Part shown: positions 12,218 to 24,879 of the stretch, in pieces
How the letters are laid out: the number at the start of each line of letters is the position of its first letter
Numbering within the stretch: the first letter of the stretch is position 1
Assembly (NCBI RefSeq): GCF_006345805.1
Contig: NC_043016.1
Coordinates: forward strand, 17,484,001-17,548,000
Direction of reading: 5' to 3'
Source: Octopus sinensis
Taxonomy: Eukaryota
Length of the DNA stretch: 64,000 nucleotides
The notes under the pieces: generated by a model
The model's database searches: none
Told to the model about the DNA's origin: nothing
What the model saw: the letters and a program-made list of their open reading frames with translations, nothing else
Made by a program: the position numbers and the translations under genes

Positions 12218-12263
12218 ATCCTGTTGGATGTACTTTAGTGCATCCATCGAAACATATGTCGAT
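12218..12263 (+). ncRNA. Degenerate hammerhead motif upstream of the PLE
   Basis: ATC-CTG[core deleted]-TGGATGTAC-TTTA-GTGCATCCA-TC-GAAA-CATATG-TC-GAT. 9-bp stem II, palindromic stem III, GUC triplet. Confidence 0.55.
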
Positions 12264-12379
12264 CATATGAAAATATAAATGATTTAATAACATCTTAAGC
12301 GTTTGTCTCCATTTAAAATTTTCCTCTTCTCTCTTGCCTGTCTGTGTTTGCCTTTCAAGTGCTGTGGTTTTACTGAGAT

Positions 12380-14900
12380 CTCCCTTTTAGTAGAAAGAAT
12401 AGCTATAACTCTTTGACTGCTATTTCTAATTTTCTGCAAAATTCTGTTTGACATCCTCGCAAAAGGGCTCAAATTTACACCAACTCCACGCAGAGCAAAC
12501 CTAAATGAACTCAAGGAAAATATAACAGAAATTTGCAGAAAATTAAGACTAACAGAAGCATCAAACAGTTTCAATACTGAAGATGAATCACTAGTCAAGA
12601 ACAAAAGTGAACACATCCCACACAGAGGAAGAAATAAAGATCTTGACGAATTCTGCAACCACATTGAGAACTTCCCCTACCATACTATACATAAACAGAA
12701 AGCTAACCCAAATTTTAACACTACACAATAGAAAGAACTGATAGAACTCCAAAATGATGAAGATATAACCATTAAGGAAGCGGACAAGGGAATGCAGTTG
12801 TAATAATGGATACATCATACTACAGAATCTTGTAATTTCCTTGCTTGATGACGACCTACATTATGAAAAAATTACCACTACACCCCACAAAAAATAATGA
12901 AAACTCTATCTTCACTAATTAAAACCCATGAAAAGGAACTGACAACCAAAGAGATTGACTTCCTAACAAACTTTAATGCAAACCTAGCCTTTTCTATGGT
13001 CTGCCAAAAATTCATAAAGTCAAATTATAAATGAAACCATTAAAAATCACCAAGACATACACACACCTAATCCGGGGGACTAAAACTACGACCCATTGTA
13101 GCTGGCCCACCTGTGAAACACACAGACTAAGTCTACTTATGGACATCCTCCTGAAACCCTTCCTTAAACATATCGATAACCATATCAGAGATGACTTAGA
13201 TATGTTAAACCACCTTCCAAAAAAAAACCAAGGAAGAAACAATCCTGGTTTCATTTGATGTAGTCAACTTGTATACCAGTATACCTCATAATTATGGACT
13301 GGAGGCAATACAGTTCTGGTTAGACCAATTTCCGGAAGAAATACCAAAAAGGATCAGTAAGGAATTCATTACTAAATCAATTGAATTCATCCTACACAAT
13401 AACCACTTCATGTTTGACAATACATTTTACCGTCAAAAATCCGGAATTGCTATGGGTACAAGGGCAGCACCAGTCATTGCGAACTTAACAATGGGATACA
13501 TGGAAATAATCATTTACCAGGAATCTCTATCAATCTTTGGAAACTCCCTCTCTCAATACATAAAAGAGAATTGGAAACGATTCCTAGACGATTGTTTCAT
13601 TCTCTGGAATGAAAACATAGATAAACTCCTAAAATTTAAAAAACCTATTGAACAGCATAAACCCAAATATACAGTTCACAATGGAATACAACCAAAAGGA
13701 GCTCCCGTTCTTGGATATACTAATTAAAAAAAATAACCTTAAAATAGAAACAGACATTTTTTACAAAGCCACAGACGCCAAACCATACCTTCTTTTTAAT
13801 TCATGCCACCCAAGACACACTAAAACAAACATCCCCTTCAACCTTGCAAGAAGGATATGCACAATAGTGTCAGAACAAAATACCAGGAACTTTAGACTGC
13901 AAGAACTCAAAAACACCCTAATTGACAGACATTACCCAGCTCAACTCATAGAGGATGGGATCAGACGTGCAACAGAAATCAACATAGAAACTTTAAGAAA
14001 AGTTCAACACAACAACACACCTTCCCCGAAAATACTACCTTACATATCTACATACAACCCCAGAAACAAAGAAGCCTTCACCATCATCACCCAGAATTTA
14101 CCAATACTTCATAAAAACCCAAATTAAAGGAAATTCTAAACATACACCAAATCATTAAAAGCTACAAACAGCCTAAATCACTTAAAAAAGATTCTCACAA
14201 AGGCAAAATTGTCTTCTGAAATTACGGATGCAAAAGTAAAAAAATGTGGTAGATCGAACTGTGCAACATGTCCTAACCTATTGGAAGGATCAGAATTCTT
14301 CTTTAAAGAGGGACAGAAATTCAAGATCAAATCTAACTTCACTTGTGCCTCTGAAAACATAATTTATGTCATTAAATGCTCGGGCTGCCACCAAGACTAC
14401 GTGGGTTCCACGGGACTATCACTCAGGCGTAGATGCACACTGCATCGACAACAGATTGCATTCCCAGAATATAGAATGATACCTTTTAGTGAACACATTG
14501 AGAAATGCGCAAGCAATTACTGCACTGCCACAATTTTTAATCTTCCCATTTTACCAATGTGCTTTCGGATCATCAACACAAATGAGACTGAACAAGGAAA
14601 CATTCTTCATTGAAAAGTACAAACCCAGACTCAACCATCCGAACATACTGACACAGAGAAATTAACAAGGGAAAGGAAAAAATTTTTAAGCGATTATCTC
14701 CCTTACACCGGAAGAAATCACTCACTACCTCCCCTTATTTAGAAATCTACTGAAAATAAACACAACGATAACTCCATGCAATATAAACATAACGTCACAA
14801 GAAATTTGAAAAGCTACACGCGAAACCGGTATTTCTTTAAAAATTATGAAATTATGTCATTTTAAGGAAAGGAAAAAATTTTTCCAATATTCTCCAGACA
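12380..14900 (+). mobile_element. Penelope-like retroelement, Neptune-type (RT + GIY-YIG), frameshifted
   Basis: Motifs GLKFTPTP, IKEAD(K), LPKIHK, RPIVAGP, SFDVVNLYTSIP, GIAMGT..APVIANL.MG, RFLDDCF, PFLDILI, the Cys linker CGRSNCATC and the GIY-YIG IYVIKCSGC..DYVGST. A decayed HHR-like motif lies at 14799-14837. Confidence 0.92.
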
Positions 14901-15029
14901 TTTTGACACAAATATATATATTTTTTAACATTTAAGCCTTCTGTCGTTTTTTCACTCTTTACTATTTTCTATATATATATATATTATATATATATATATA
15001 TTATATATATATATATATATAATATATAT

Positions 15030-15097
<68 letters not shown>

Positions 15098-15119
15098 AAT
15101 GGATGAACGAATTATCCTT

Positions 15120-16060
15120 TGTTTACCGTTAACATGGAAAATTCAATAGACAGTTTCCAGGGTAGCAAATTTCACGCAAGTAACAAGGATGTAGCGACCT
15201 ATTCAAAGGTAGAAACTCCGGGTTAATGTGCAGTAATTTGTGTAGTATAAATAATTAAATGGAGTTGAACGCAGATGCTATTCAAATTCTTTTACTTTCG
15301 ACATATATTTCGAAGACAATATTGGTTTTGTTCCAAAGGAATAAACAGTGTAAAATGCAATCTTCTCATCAGGAAAGAAAGAGAGCCTATCTCAACAACA
15401 AGACATTATAACAATTTCGATGACTGCATAAATGATAAACAGAACGTTATAAGTATTTTTAAAAAACCGTTAGTAGATTTGACGTCAAAGGCAGATACTA
15501 GAAAGAGAAGGGGTAAAGAAATAATAAGTAGAGAACAAATAAAGAAGGATACGTTGGTTGAAAAAATGTTCAAAGGCTTAGAAGTAGATTTCTCTACTGA
15601 AGTAAAGTTAAACTAACTGTTCAAACTATAAAGGCTGGCAAAAATCACTTATATGAGCTAAAGATATGTTTCTACCAGTGCTTACATTTGTAAGATCGCT
15701 CTATAAGTGTGTTAACAAGGTGATTCTTAGAGAAGAGAATATGGAAGAGTTCAGAGTTGCAAATGTTACGAAATCCTTTGCCCTTATAGTAAGGAAAAGA
15801 TATGGACAGGATGAACCAATCTAACTTAAAATCCTTATTGTTGTCTTTAAGAGGCTAAACTAATTTACTTAGCCCTGTGCTATGACATTTACTGCTATCT
15901 CCAAATGATGAATAATGATTGGAAATTCTATTAGATAACTGAGAAGAGGGTGCGGTGCATTTTACACCGTTTATTCCTTTGGAATAAAACCAATGTTGTC
16001 TTCGAAACATATGTCGAAAGTAAAAGATTTTGAATAGCATCTGCGTTCAACTCCATTTAT
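15120..16060 (-). mobile_element. Short Naiad-like PLE copy with an inverted terminal repeat
   Basis: The GIY-YIG remnant STGLSKLV matches the neighbouring element. 15256-15359 and 15956-16059 are inverted repeats. Confidence 0.7.
15295..15377 (-). ncRNA. Type I hammerhead ribozyme, intact core, ~45-nt insertion in stem II
   Basis: Minus strand reads CTTTC-CTGATGA-GAAGA...TCTTC-GAAA-TATATG-TC-GAAAG. Confidence 0.82.
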
Positions 16061-16065
16061 TTACT

Positions 16066-16110
<45 letters not shown>

Positions 16111-16152
16111 TAAATAAATGGAGTTTAACGCAAGTGTAATCAAATATTTTTA

Positions 16153-16236
16153 CTTTCGACACATGTTTCGAAAATTCCACTGATACTATTCAAAAGAATA
16201 AATGGTATAAACAATGCAATCTTCTCCCCAGGAAAG
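16153..16236 (-). ncRNA. Hammerhead motif in the 3' pLTR (core CTGGGGA, mutated)
   Basis: Minus strand reads CTTTC-CTGGGGA-GAAGA...TTTTC-GAAA-CATGTG-TC-GAAAG. Confidence 0.6.
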
Positions 16237-18267
16237 TGAAAAAAGCGAAACTCGTCAATAAGACATTTTAGCAAAAAATGATGGATTCGTATAGCGATAG
16301 ACAGAACGCTATTAATATTGTTTAAAAAAACGTTATATGATATAACGTCATAAATAGCTAACAGAAACAGTAGGGATATTAATAGTGAATGTTAAATATA
16401 AAGGAAATTAAAGTTTAAATTATATATAATGATAGAGACTACTTTATGCACCAAATGTATGTTTTTGCCAATGCTTACATCTGTATGCTCGTTCTATAAC
16501 CGTGTTTACTAGAGTATTTTTAGAAAAAATAATGAAAAATAGTTCAGAATTGCAGAGAAGACAGAATTCCTTGCCTTTGTCATATGGTGAGAGAATCAAC
16601 CATTCTAAATGAAATTGTTCATTGTGGTCTTTTAAATCCCAAATCAGTTTGCTGAGACCGGTACTATTACGTTTATTTCTATCCCTAAATGTTGAGTAAT
16701 AGATAGAAATTCTTTTAGATAACTCTAACAATGTGCTTCCAATGTAAAATTGTACTTTATTACGAGTACTGATTATACACTGGTATATAGAATTTTTAAT
16801 CTTAGAGTTACTTGACATAAACTTAATTCTATTGGAATTGACTTCAGATACAATAACCTTGTTATTAATATTTCTAGAGGGTTGGATAGTATTAGCTAAA
16901 TTAATGTTAGTATTAGTAAATGTATTAATATTTAACAGTTTGTTATTATGTGAAGAGATAATTTGCAAGAGATTTTTTGTGTTTGAAAAACCTATCCTAA
17001 CCTTATGTGAATTGATAATAGAGTAGTATCTAGAATTGTTTGGAAAATTCCTAGCAATAGCTTGACGAAACAGCAGTGGGAGATTAGATTTAATTGTCTC
17101 CCGTAAGGAATTATTAACCAAATATTTTTACTAGTATTCATAGCGTAATTACTTTTGAAGGTGTTATATTACTTTTAGATCGATAATAGGGGATTAAATA
17201 AGGGTTATCTGCCTTCATTCGCTTTGTATCGGTGCGTAAGTTATGTTTGTTATCAATAATTCTTTTACGACTAGAAATCTTATCTACATTATTGAATTTA
17301 CAATTAGACTGAGCAGAATCAATGTAGAAAATTTTCTCTGTATAACCTGCTTTAATTAAGGCAGAGTTATAGAATTCAGCGTTATTATTGAAAATATCAA
17401 CATAGCAGATAATTTAGATAATCTAAATGAAATATTCTTAACTAAGTTCTTAGTAATTGCTCCAGGATGATTACTAAATTTGCTAATGTACTTAAGATTG
17501 GTCAACGGTTTACGATATGGGAAGTAAGAGTCACTGTGTAAATTAAGCGTAATATCTAAAAAGTTGGCCTTCGTCATATCGTCATCAAAAACGATTTTTA
17601 AGCCCATTCTACTGAAAAAAATTAACTAAACTATTCTTAACTTTTTGTACCTTTTGGTTGGAAACATTTTGGAGGTAAAGTAAACAATCATCACGATATA
17701 GACCTCCATAAATGTTAGGGATCTCTTCAGCCATTTCAAAAAGAATATATATACAGACCAAATCAGCTATCTGTGCTGAATCAGAACTTCCCATTGGTAT
17801 ATCGAAACTATCTGGTGTGTCTTTACGGACCCACAACTTATCATCAAATTTTATAATAGATCTTCTGGCTGCCAACACAACATTAATTTCTTCTCGGGTG
17901 AGACCAGCTTTGCTATGAGCAAGCCAAAGTGCCTTATTAAGTACTATTGGATTGATAGATGAATAAAAATTGGAAATATCAAACTGGATAAACTTAGTAC
18001 TCACCTTATTGGTAATAGAACTAAACCAGTCAACTACTTCAAACGAATTAGTCCATAAACTAAGTTTTAATGTTTTAATTAAATTAGGAATATATTTATC
18101 TAGTATATTCTTACAAAGGATACCGATGTCAGAGCTAGAAGGGCAGATAAGCCTTAATGATGGGTTAGTAAAAAATATTTAAACAATATAAATAGCGTTC
18201 TGTCTATCGCTATACAAATCCATCATTTTTTGCTAAAATGTCTTATTGACAAGTTTCGCTTTTTTCA

Positions 18268-18351
18268 CTTTCATGAGGAGAAGATTGCATTGTTTATACC
18301 ATTTATTCTTTTGAATAGTATCAGTGGAATTTTCGAAACATGTGTCGAAAG
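18268..18351 (+). ncRNA. Hammerhead motif in the inverted pLTR (core ATGAGGA, mutated)
   Basis: CTTTC-ATGAGGA-GAAGA...TTTTC-GAAA-CATGTG-TC-GAAAG. Confidence 0.6.
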
Positions 18352-18546
18352 TAAAAATATTTGATTACACCTGCGTTAAACTCCATTTATTTATTCATAT
18401 ATTATTCAAAATATTCAACGTAAACACGAAGTTTCTACCTTTATAGACAAGGAGTTACAACATCTTTACTTGTGAGATTTTTGCTACCCTGGTAACTATT
18501 TATTTATTTTTTCCGTGTTAATTGTTAACAAGGTAAAAATACACTC

Positions 18547-18639
<93 letters not shown>

Positions 18640-18640
<1 letters not shown>

Positions 18641-18830
18641 CCACATGTGAATCGTTGGCGATTTTCTTCCTCCGTCTTCCCTTCTATTGGACTTTCCTCT
18701 GTTTCCAAAGAAGAGCGTCTGCTCGAAACGTTAAACCGTCTTTCTTTCTTTCCCTGAAGATCTGCTAATACTTTACATGAACCACGTCCCGCGTTGTATT
18801 TTTGTGTTTGTTCTTCATTTTGGGATTTAC
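18640..18830 (+). mobile_element. Short PLE-pLTR-like repeat with a degenerate minimal HHR (18701-18736)
   Basis: GTTT-CCAAAGA-A-GAGC-GTCT-GCTC-GAAACGT-T-AAAC, bounded by (TA)n tracts. Confidence 0.5.
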
Positions 18831-18854
18831 TATATATATATATATATATATATA

Positions 18855-19237
18855 GACTTTACTTGTTAGTATAGTTACTACTCTGATCTCTTCTCGACAT
18901 TTTTTTTACAACTAGCTATTCTGCTTGTTGCAAATCAGTGACCAATGGCCGCTTTGTTTACAATACAATATATTGCTGGCTGGTGCGGATCCTGGCTATC
19001 ACTCTAGAGGCCGACTGAGGATGAGCCAAGCAGCTCGAAATTGAATCAGTCTCACGATCCTGTTGTCTGCTAGAGGATGGTAGGGGTTCATTACGCCTAC
19101 TAGCAATATATTGTATATAAAGGGTGCAGCGGAAGATCTGCCTAGGGTTAAATTAGTAGTAACATGGAACAGCCACTTTAATGTGGCTATTGACTTTACT
19201 TGATGGTATAGTTACTACTCTAATCTCTTCTTGATAT
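18855..19237 (+). mobile_element. Second retrozyme-like unit: 337-nt period with 46-nt terminal redundancy
   Basis: 18855-18900 versus 19192-19237 show 5 mismatches in 46 nt. An internal 16-bp helix (18964-18979 with 19100-19115) encloses an HHR-like motif at 19013-19053. Confidence 0.5.
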
Positions 19238-20139
19238 ACATACATACGTACGAACATACATGCATGCATACGCACACATAAACACACATACATGTATATA
19301 ATGATGGCACGGCATTTGGGCCGCTCTGTACTTCAATCTGTTTAGAAGTGATTTTGTGCTCAAATAATTTTCAACACAAAGGATAGTTGTTAAGCATAAG
19401 ATTTATTATAGTCTATTAGAGAGGCAGTAAAACACTGGACTAACACCAATTGTCAGGAATGTATTTGATCTATCCAGTTGTGAGTATTTAACCAATGTTA
19501 ATGGGTTTGATGTGGTACTGATGAAAGAGTAATAACTCTTGAAATATGCGTATACATTCATTACATATTTGTTTCTATTTTCGATGGCATTGTTTACATA
19601 GACGTATTCGCTTACGAAACGTAACTTTCAGTGCTGGCTCTAAATATTATAGAAAATCTATAGAAATAAATTTAAAAGTTAAAACTGAACTGTTTTATTG
19701 TTTTCCACTTAGTACTCAATTGTTCCGAGTGTAAATACCCAAAGGGCTTGAGAGGTAATTTTGATTTTCAACCCATCAGTTCGTTAATATAAACAATATT
19801 AAAATATCGAATTAAATTCAATTGGTTACACATTTCTCCACATCAAAAATTGTTTTGTACTTGACCAAAGAAGTTTTCAGGGAGCTCTTTTCTTCTGAAC
19901 AGATAGTTGTGATCCAGAATGGAAATTTCAACGCAGTCATTTCATATCCAAAAAAATAGCAGCTAAATCATCTTCACATGAAATTTTACATCTTAAAAAG
20001 ATCTGAAAAAATATTTTTCAGTATTGCCCTGTGAACCCCAGTAGAGTTTAGTTTCACATACTCAGTGTTTCTGCACAATTTTAGATAACGAAATTTCACT
20101 AACAAGTTATTGGTTAATCTGTGATTATATTTGAAGACA

Positions 20140-20225
20140 CTCATTCGAGGTACCTCGCAGAGAAATCGAATCCAGGACCACGGCTGCTGTACAGTGAGCT
20201 TCTTAAGCATGCAGCTATGCAAACG
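20140..20225 (-). mobile_element. Old SINE family B head fragment
   Basis: GAGGTACCTCGCAGAGAAATCGAATCCAGGACCACGG resembles the family B head at 690-770. Confidence 0.45.
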
Positions 20226-21064
20226 CCTTTGAACAATGCGGAAATGGTCATGACTGGAATTCTTTTGATCATGTTTGCTCTACCAAAGCTAACCTGGGGC
20301 TAAAAGCAACAACGACATCTTCATGCTCCTTTCGAAAAAAGACCTTATCCCCCCCCCAAAAAAAAACAGCAATTTGTACAGAGTGCAACCCATTTCGGCA
20401 GTCTCAAAACGCCTAATGTTTCGTTGAATATTAACAGCCCACATCATGTGTGTGCAAAACATAGATGAATAAAGAGATAGACAGACAAAAAGAGTGACGG
20501 GGGGGGGGAGAGAGAGAGAGAGAGAGGCAGAGAGAGTGAGAGAGAAAGAAAAAGAGAGAGAATTGTAAAGTATTGAATTGATGGATACGTTAATATCTAT
20601 AATTTTTGTTTCATTAACTGTGATATTTATTCAAGTATCATTACACGTAGCCTAAGTACTTCAAGTTTGCAGACCTTCAAAATATCCCCCAACAGAGTCA
20701 TGACAATATCGACTCCTTCAAGAGAACAACGACGCAATCACTTCATAAAACAACAAAATATTAGCAGAAACTACTCCAGTCTGACACGTATCCAGCCTCA
20801 AGACCGTCACGAATGTTATACTTCGCCGTACCTTCCTCTGAGGAAGGTACACCCATCCTTAACATAGAAAAGTTTGCTTCCCCAAAAAGTGTCCTTCCTC
20901 TTCAAAGCCGAAAAATTCTTTAACCTGCTCAGCTACTAGTCAGCTCGATACAAAACTCAGGTGAGACTTATAATAAAGTAGTTCTCACATTTACAACAGA
21001 ACTACTGCTCCTCCTACAGCCATCATAAATAGCAACCCTGTCTGTGTGTGTGTCTCTCTCTCTC

Positions 21065-21250
21065 TCTCTCTCTCTCTTGCTACTATTGTGGCTTCTGTTC
21101 TTTGGAGCTGGTTAGTTTTGAGCCACCTGCACTTATGCACATCCCTCCTTTTTAATAACATATTGTCAATCTTTAGTTCCTGCACTAACCACTACACCCA
21201 GCTTTCCTCCCCAGAAATTCGGCCTTTGTTTTTTCTGCAACCATCGACTT
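21065..21250 (-). pseudogene. Possible RLE-LINE fragment
   Basis: RWLKTNQLQRTEATIVA resembles QWLRSSGLKAETEGFLIAAQ at 42440. Confidence 0.3.
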
Positions 21251-22842
21251 GAAACAGTTGAAGAGGAAACTTAGCCATATCAACCTCACCAGTCTAGGAG
21301 AGTCTGCAAAGGCCATAGATATTAGCGAATGGAATTTTTTTTTTACTTAAGGAACAAGACATAAAATGGCCATAGACATCGGAACATCAAAGTTATGAAG
21401 ACCAGATAATTTGCAGGTAACCGTAAAAATCTCAAACAAATGCTAATTTTCAAAATTGGTCTTTCTCGAGACATAAGATAAACAAAACTTATTTAAAACA
21501 ATTTATCAGACTCCAATTCAGATAATAAAATTGTCCTACCATTTTAATTATATTCAATCTCAGATATGCAGTTATTTTATTAATTTAATGCGTCTCATCT
21601 ATTATGTAGATTTATAGTTTAGCTATATAAAGTCTCTTACTGAATTTTCGTTTCTCTTCAATAATGAAATTGTTTTTCTGTTTTAAATTCTAAGATTCTT
21701 AATTAATTTTAGGCCTCATGTCATTTATATATGAAGACCATTAGCGTCATTAAATAATCAGCTAATTTGTAAAAATATTTATACTATAAAAATAAACCCT
21801 ATTAATACCAATATAAACTACATAAATTCGTAAGTATTAGTTGTATGGTATCTTGTCCAAACCTCTCCGGTTACGTTATTCGGTAGTATTTATGATGTTT
21901 CACTAAAAGCTACAAGCTATCGGATGTGCCGTTGTCAGATTTCCCCCGCGATAAATTTAATTTCTTCATCATATTTTTTGTGTGTCCAGAATGTTTTATT
22001 ATTCCTCATTTATATGCTTTTATGTACCCGTTCTTATTTACCTGCAGTAATACTAACATATATCATTAATGCCAAATAGTTTTGCTATTGTCCTTCATGA
22101 TATTGCTGTGGTTACTTCAATTGTCCTGCTTCTGTACATTGTCGTTACTATTGATGTTAGTGTTGCTTTCATTTGAAAGTTCATCGTGTGGAACAGTTGG
22201 TCTATTTCGAGTTACGATCGATATTTCTAGAAAGACCATCAGGGTGACGATCCGGTCTTGAGAATTGGTGAAATGTTGAAATGGTGATAGATAACACTAA
22301 TGATCATAAAGCTATCTCAGCATGTGTTATTTCTCCTGAGGATTGTTGCAGTTTAAACTCAGATTAACACGTTAAACTTCTCTACGATCAACACAAAAGA
22401 GATTTTACTGAAGCTAACATATAAAAATTGCATAAATACATGTATACGCACTTAGATACGCGCACATACAAGAGCGCTCATGGAAACCAACATAAATTTT
22501 TACTGCGATGTTTGTAGCTTTAAAGCATGTAACCTAATATAGCGTCGATGGCTGATGAAATCATGTAAATGGATATCAGTCCCACGGGGAGTAAAATGCT
22601 ATATAGCAGAAATATAAAATTTAAATATCGAGAGAAAAAGGTGAAAATGTAATAAACCGTCTTAACAAACAGAGAAGCGTGAATAAAAAGTGAAAGCCAT
22701 CGAAAAGAAGAAGAAGAAAAAAAAAATGTAAAAAAGAAAATACGTTGTTGTTTAGGCTGGAGAGTATTAGGATATGGAATTATGAGCAGAAACATATACC
22801 AGCTTGAATATGATTTGCAAGCTACGACATGTATTTTGCAAA

Positions 22843-22914
<72 letters not shown>

Positions 22915-22915
22915 T

Positions 22916-22952
<37 letters not shown>

Positions 22953-23954
22953 TGTGTGTGGGAGCAACACAATGCAGTGAGTAGATACTGCAAACTGACA
23001 GATGTCGTTTGTACAGGATATTAGTTTACTTGCTACATAATATAATGAAGATGATGCGGGTGTTTTATGTAAAAGGTAATAAGAATACATTAGTAAGGGA
23101 ATATTTAGTAAACGATGAGCGGATGAGGATGAGGCGGAGGAGGAGGAGGAGGAGGAAGAGGAGGGTAGGAGGAGGAGGAGGAGAAAAATCAAGTTGCCTA
23201 TAAATGAAAAGAAAAAAAAATGTCATGAATTGATTGTGGTATACACCAGATCTATATAGATGCATTTAGTAGCAAAACATAAGTAGTTATACCATGAAAA
23301 TAATCAAAGCACATACTCAATTATGAATGTATTTATAAAGTGATATTACTTAAATATTCGATTCATGAAACACAAAGGCACACGCGGCGGACACAAACAC
23401 ACGCACACACACACACGTTCAATTTTATTCACAACTATGATGTCGACGAGGTAGTATTGACTTCCCCCTATCAGAATTATGCTGGGTCTCGATTAAATTA
23501 CTGACCAGTTTCACGATTAATCTCCGTCAGCTGTGCCCCCAATAGAACAGTCCACCTCTGTCCATCCTAACTGTATCCCTTATATATGATACGCATTTTC
23601 AAAATATTAGCTACCGAAGAGAAACAATTTTCAAGTAATATCTCCAATTGCACTGTCGACGAATGGCTTCATGTTGACAACACTGAAATGGAGTCTAACG
23701 GAATAATTTAACGTTACAGGCTCTGTTAAAAGAAGTAAGATATCCATAATACTTAAGACTATATTCAATGAATGATGCCACAGCTCAGCATTCGGCTTAA
23801 CTAAGGAAAAGCTCACCAATTTTGAGGTAAATCAATTATTAAAGGATCATAATTTTCATCTTCCTTAACAACAACAACAGCAACAATAAAAACAATGTAC
23901 TAAAAAAAAGTAAATGAAGCTAAAGTTAGAAGCAACAGTATAATACCAGTGAAG

Positions 23955-24345
23955 AAGGCAGCGAGCTGGCAGAAACGTTAGCACGCCGGGCGGTATTTCG
24001 TCTGTCTTTACGTTTTGAGTTCAAATTCCACCGAGGTCGATTTTGCCTTTCATCCTTTCGGGATCGATAAATTGAGTACCAGTTACGCACTGTGGTCGAT
24101 GTTTGTCCCCTCTAAGTTTAGCCTCTTGTGGGCAATAAAGAAACAAGAAAAGTGAGCACGCCGGGCGAAATGCTTAGCTGTATTTCGTCTGTCTTTATGT
24201 TCTGAATTCAAATTCCGCCGAAGTTGACTTTGCCTTTCATCCTTTCGGGGTCGATAAATTAAGTGCCAGTTGCGTACTGGGGTCGATCAAATCGTCTGGC
24301 CCCATCCCCATAAATTTCGAATCCTTGTGGCTGGAGCAGAAAAGA
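23955..24345 (+). mobile_element. Two tandem SINE family A copies
   Basis: Head GGCAGCGAGCTGGCAGAAACGTTAGCACGCCGGGCG. The core appears twice (~23955-24150 and ~24155-24345). Confidence 0.85.
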
Positions 24346-24879
24346 ATATAATACCAATCGAGAATTAGATTTTATATTTATACTGATTAACCCAACAATA
24401 ATCTCACAAATGAAAAATGCTTTGTTCGAGTCTCTAATTGTATTGCTTTTGAATTCTTTGGATATCATGAAAACTATTATCGTTACGACTTTTGGACTAT
24501 TTGAAATTTTACGTATGTTCTTCAATTATGGTAACGAAGTACAACTGTTTAAGTATTTCATCGACAACGTCATCTCTGATCTATTGTACCAACGGCGAGG
24601 ATCTGCTGGTCACAATTCCATCCGAAAACAGTCATAAAAAAATAGCTTGCTGTACAATTTTGACCCAATATGGTGAGATTATTAACCCTAGTAAATGTCA
24701 TTGTGGAGCTGCATCATTCACATCTTTGGATTAAAAAAAAATAATTCTCCTTTACCACGGAAAAAGGAAATTAATTCTCAAGTTTCTTATTCTTATATCA
24801 GTACAGAAATTGAAGGCATTCCTAGATCTGATCAGTTTTTATAGACAATACTGAAGCGACCAAACCATTCACGGATTTT

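Larger units (their letters stand above)
16104..18550 (-). mobile_element. Penelope-like element, Naiad-like (5'-truncated RT + C-terminal GIY-YIG), with inverted pLTR
   Basis: RT motifs QFDISNFYSSI, FDIPMGSSDSAQIADLV, GLYRDDCL, NFLDITLNL and YRKP..SNHP. Endonuclease IYQC..FYIGST..STGLSKLIWDLK..CLLC..E..RCKH. 16104-16326 and 18178-18400 are inverted repeats. The clade assignment is from recalled motifs. Confidence 0.85.

Noticed and set aside
16444-18004. Selenocysteine recoding in the Naiad-like ORF
   Set aside because: I saw no in-frame TGA at conserved Cys positions. The breaks are frameshifts or TAA.
22545-22600. CTGATGA heptamers at ~22552 and ~33387 as hammerheads
   Set aside because: No paired stem II followed by GAAA and NUH. 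The second lies within Tc1 coding sequence.
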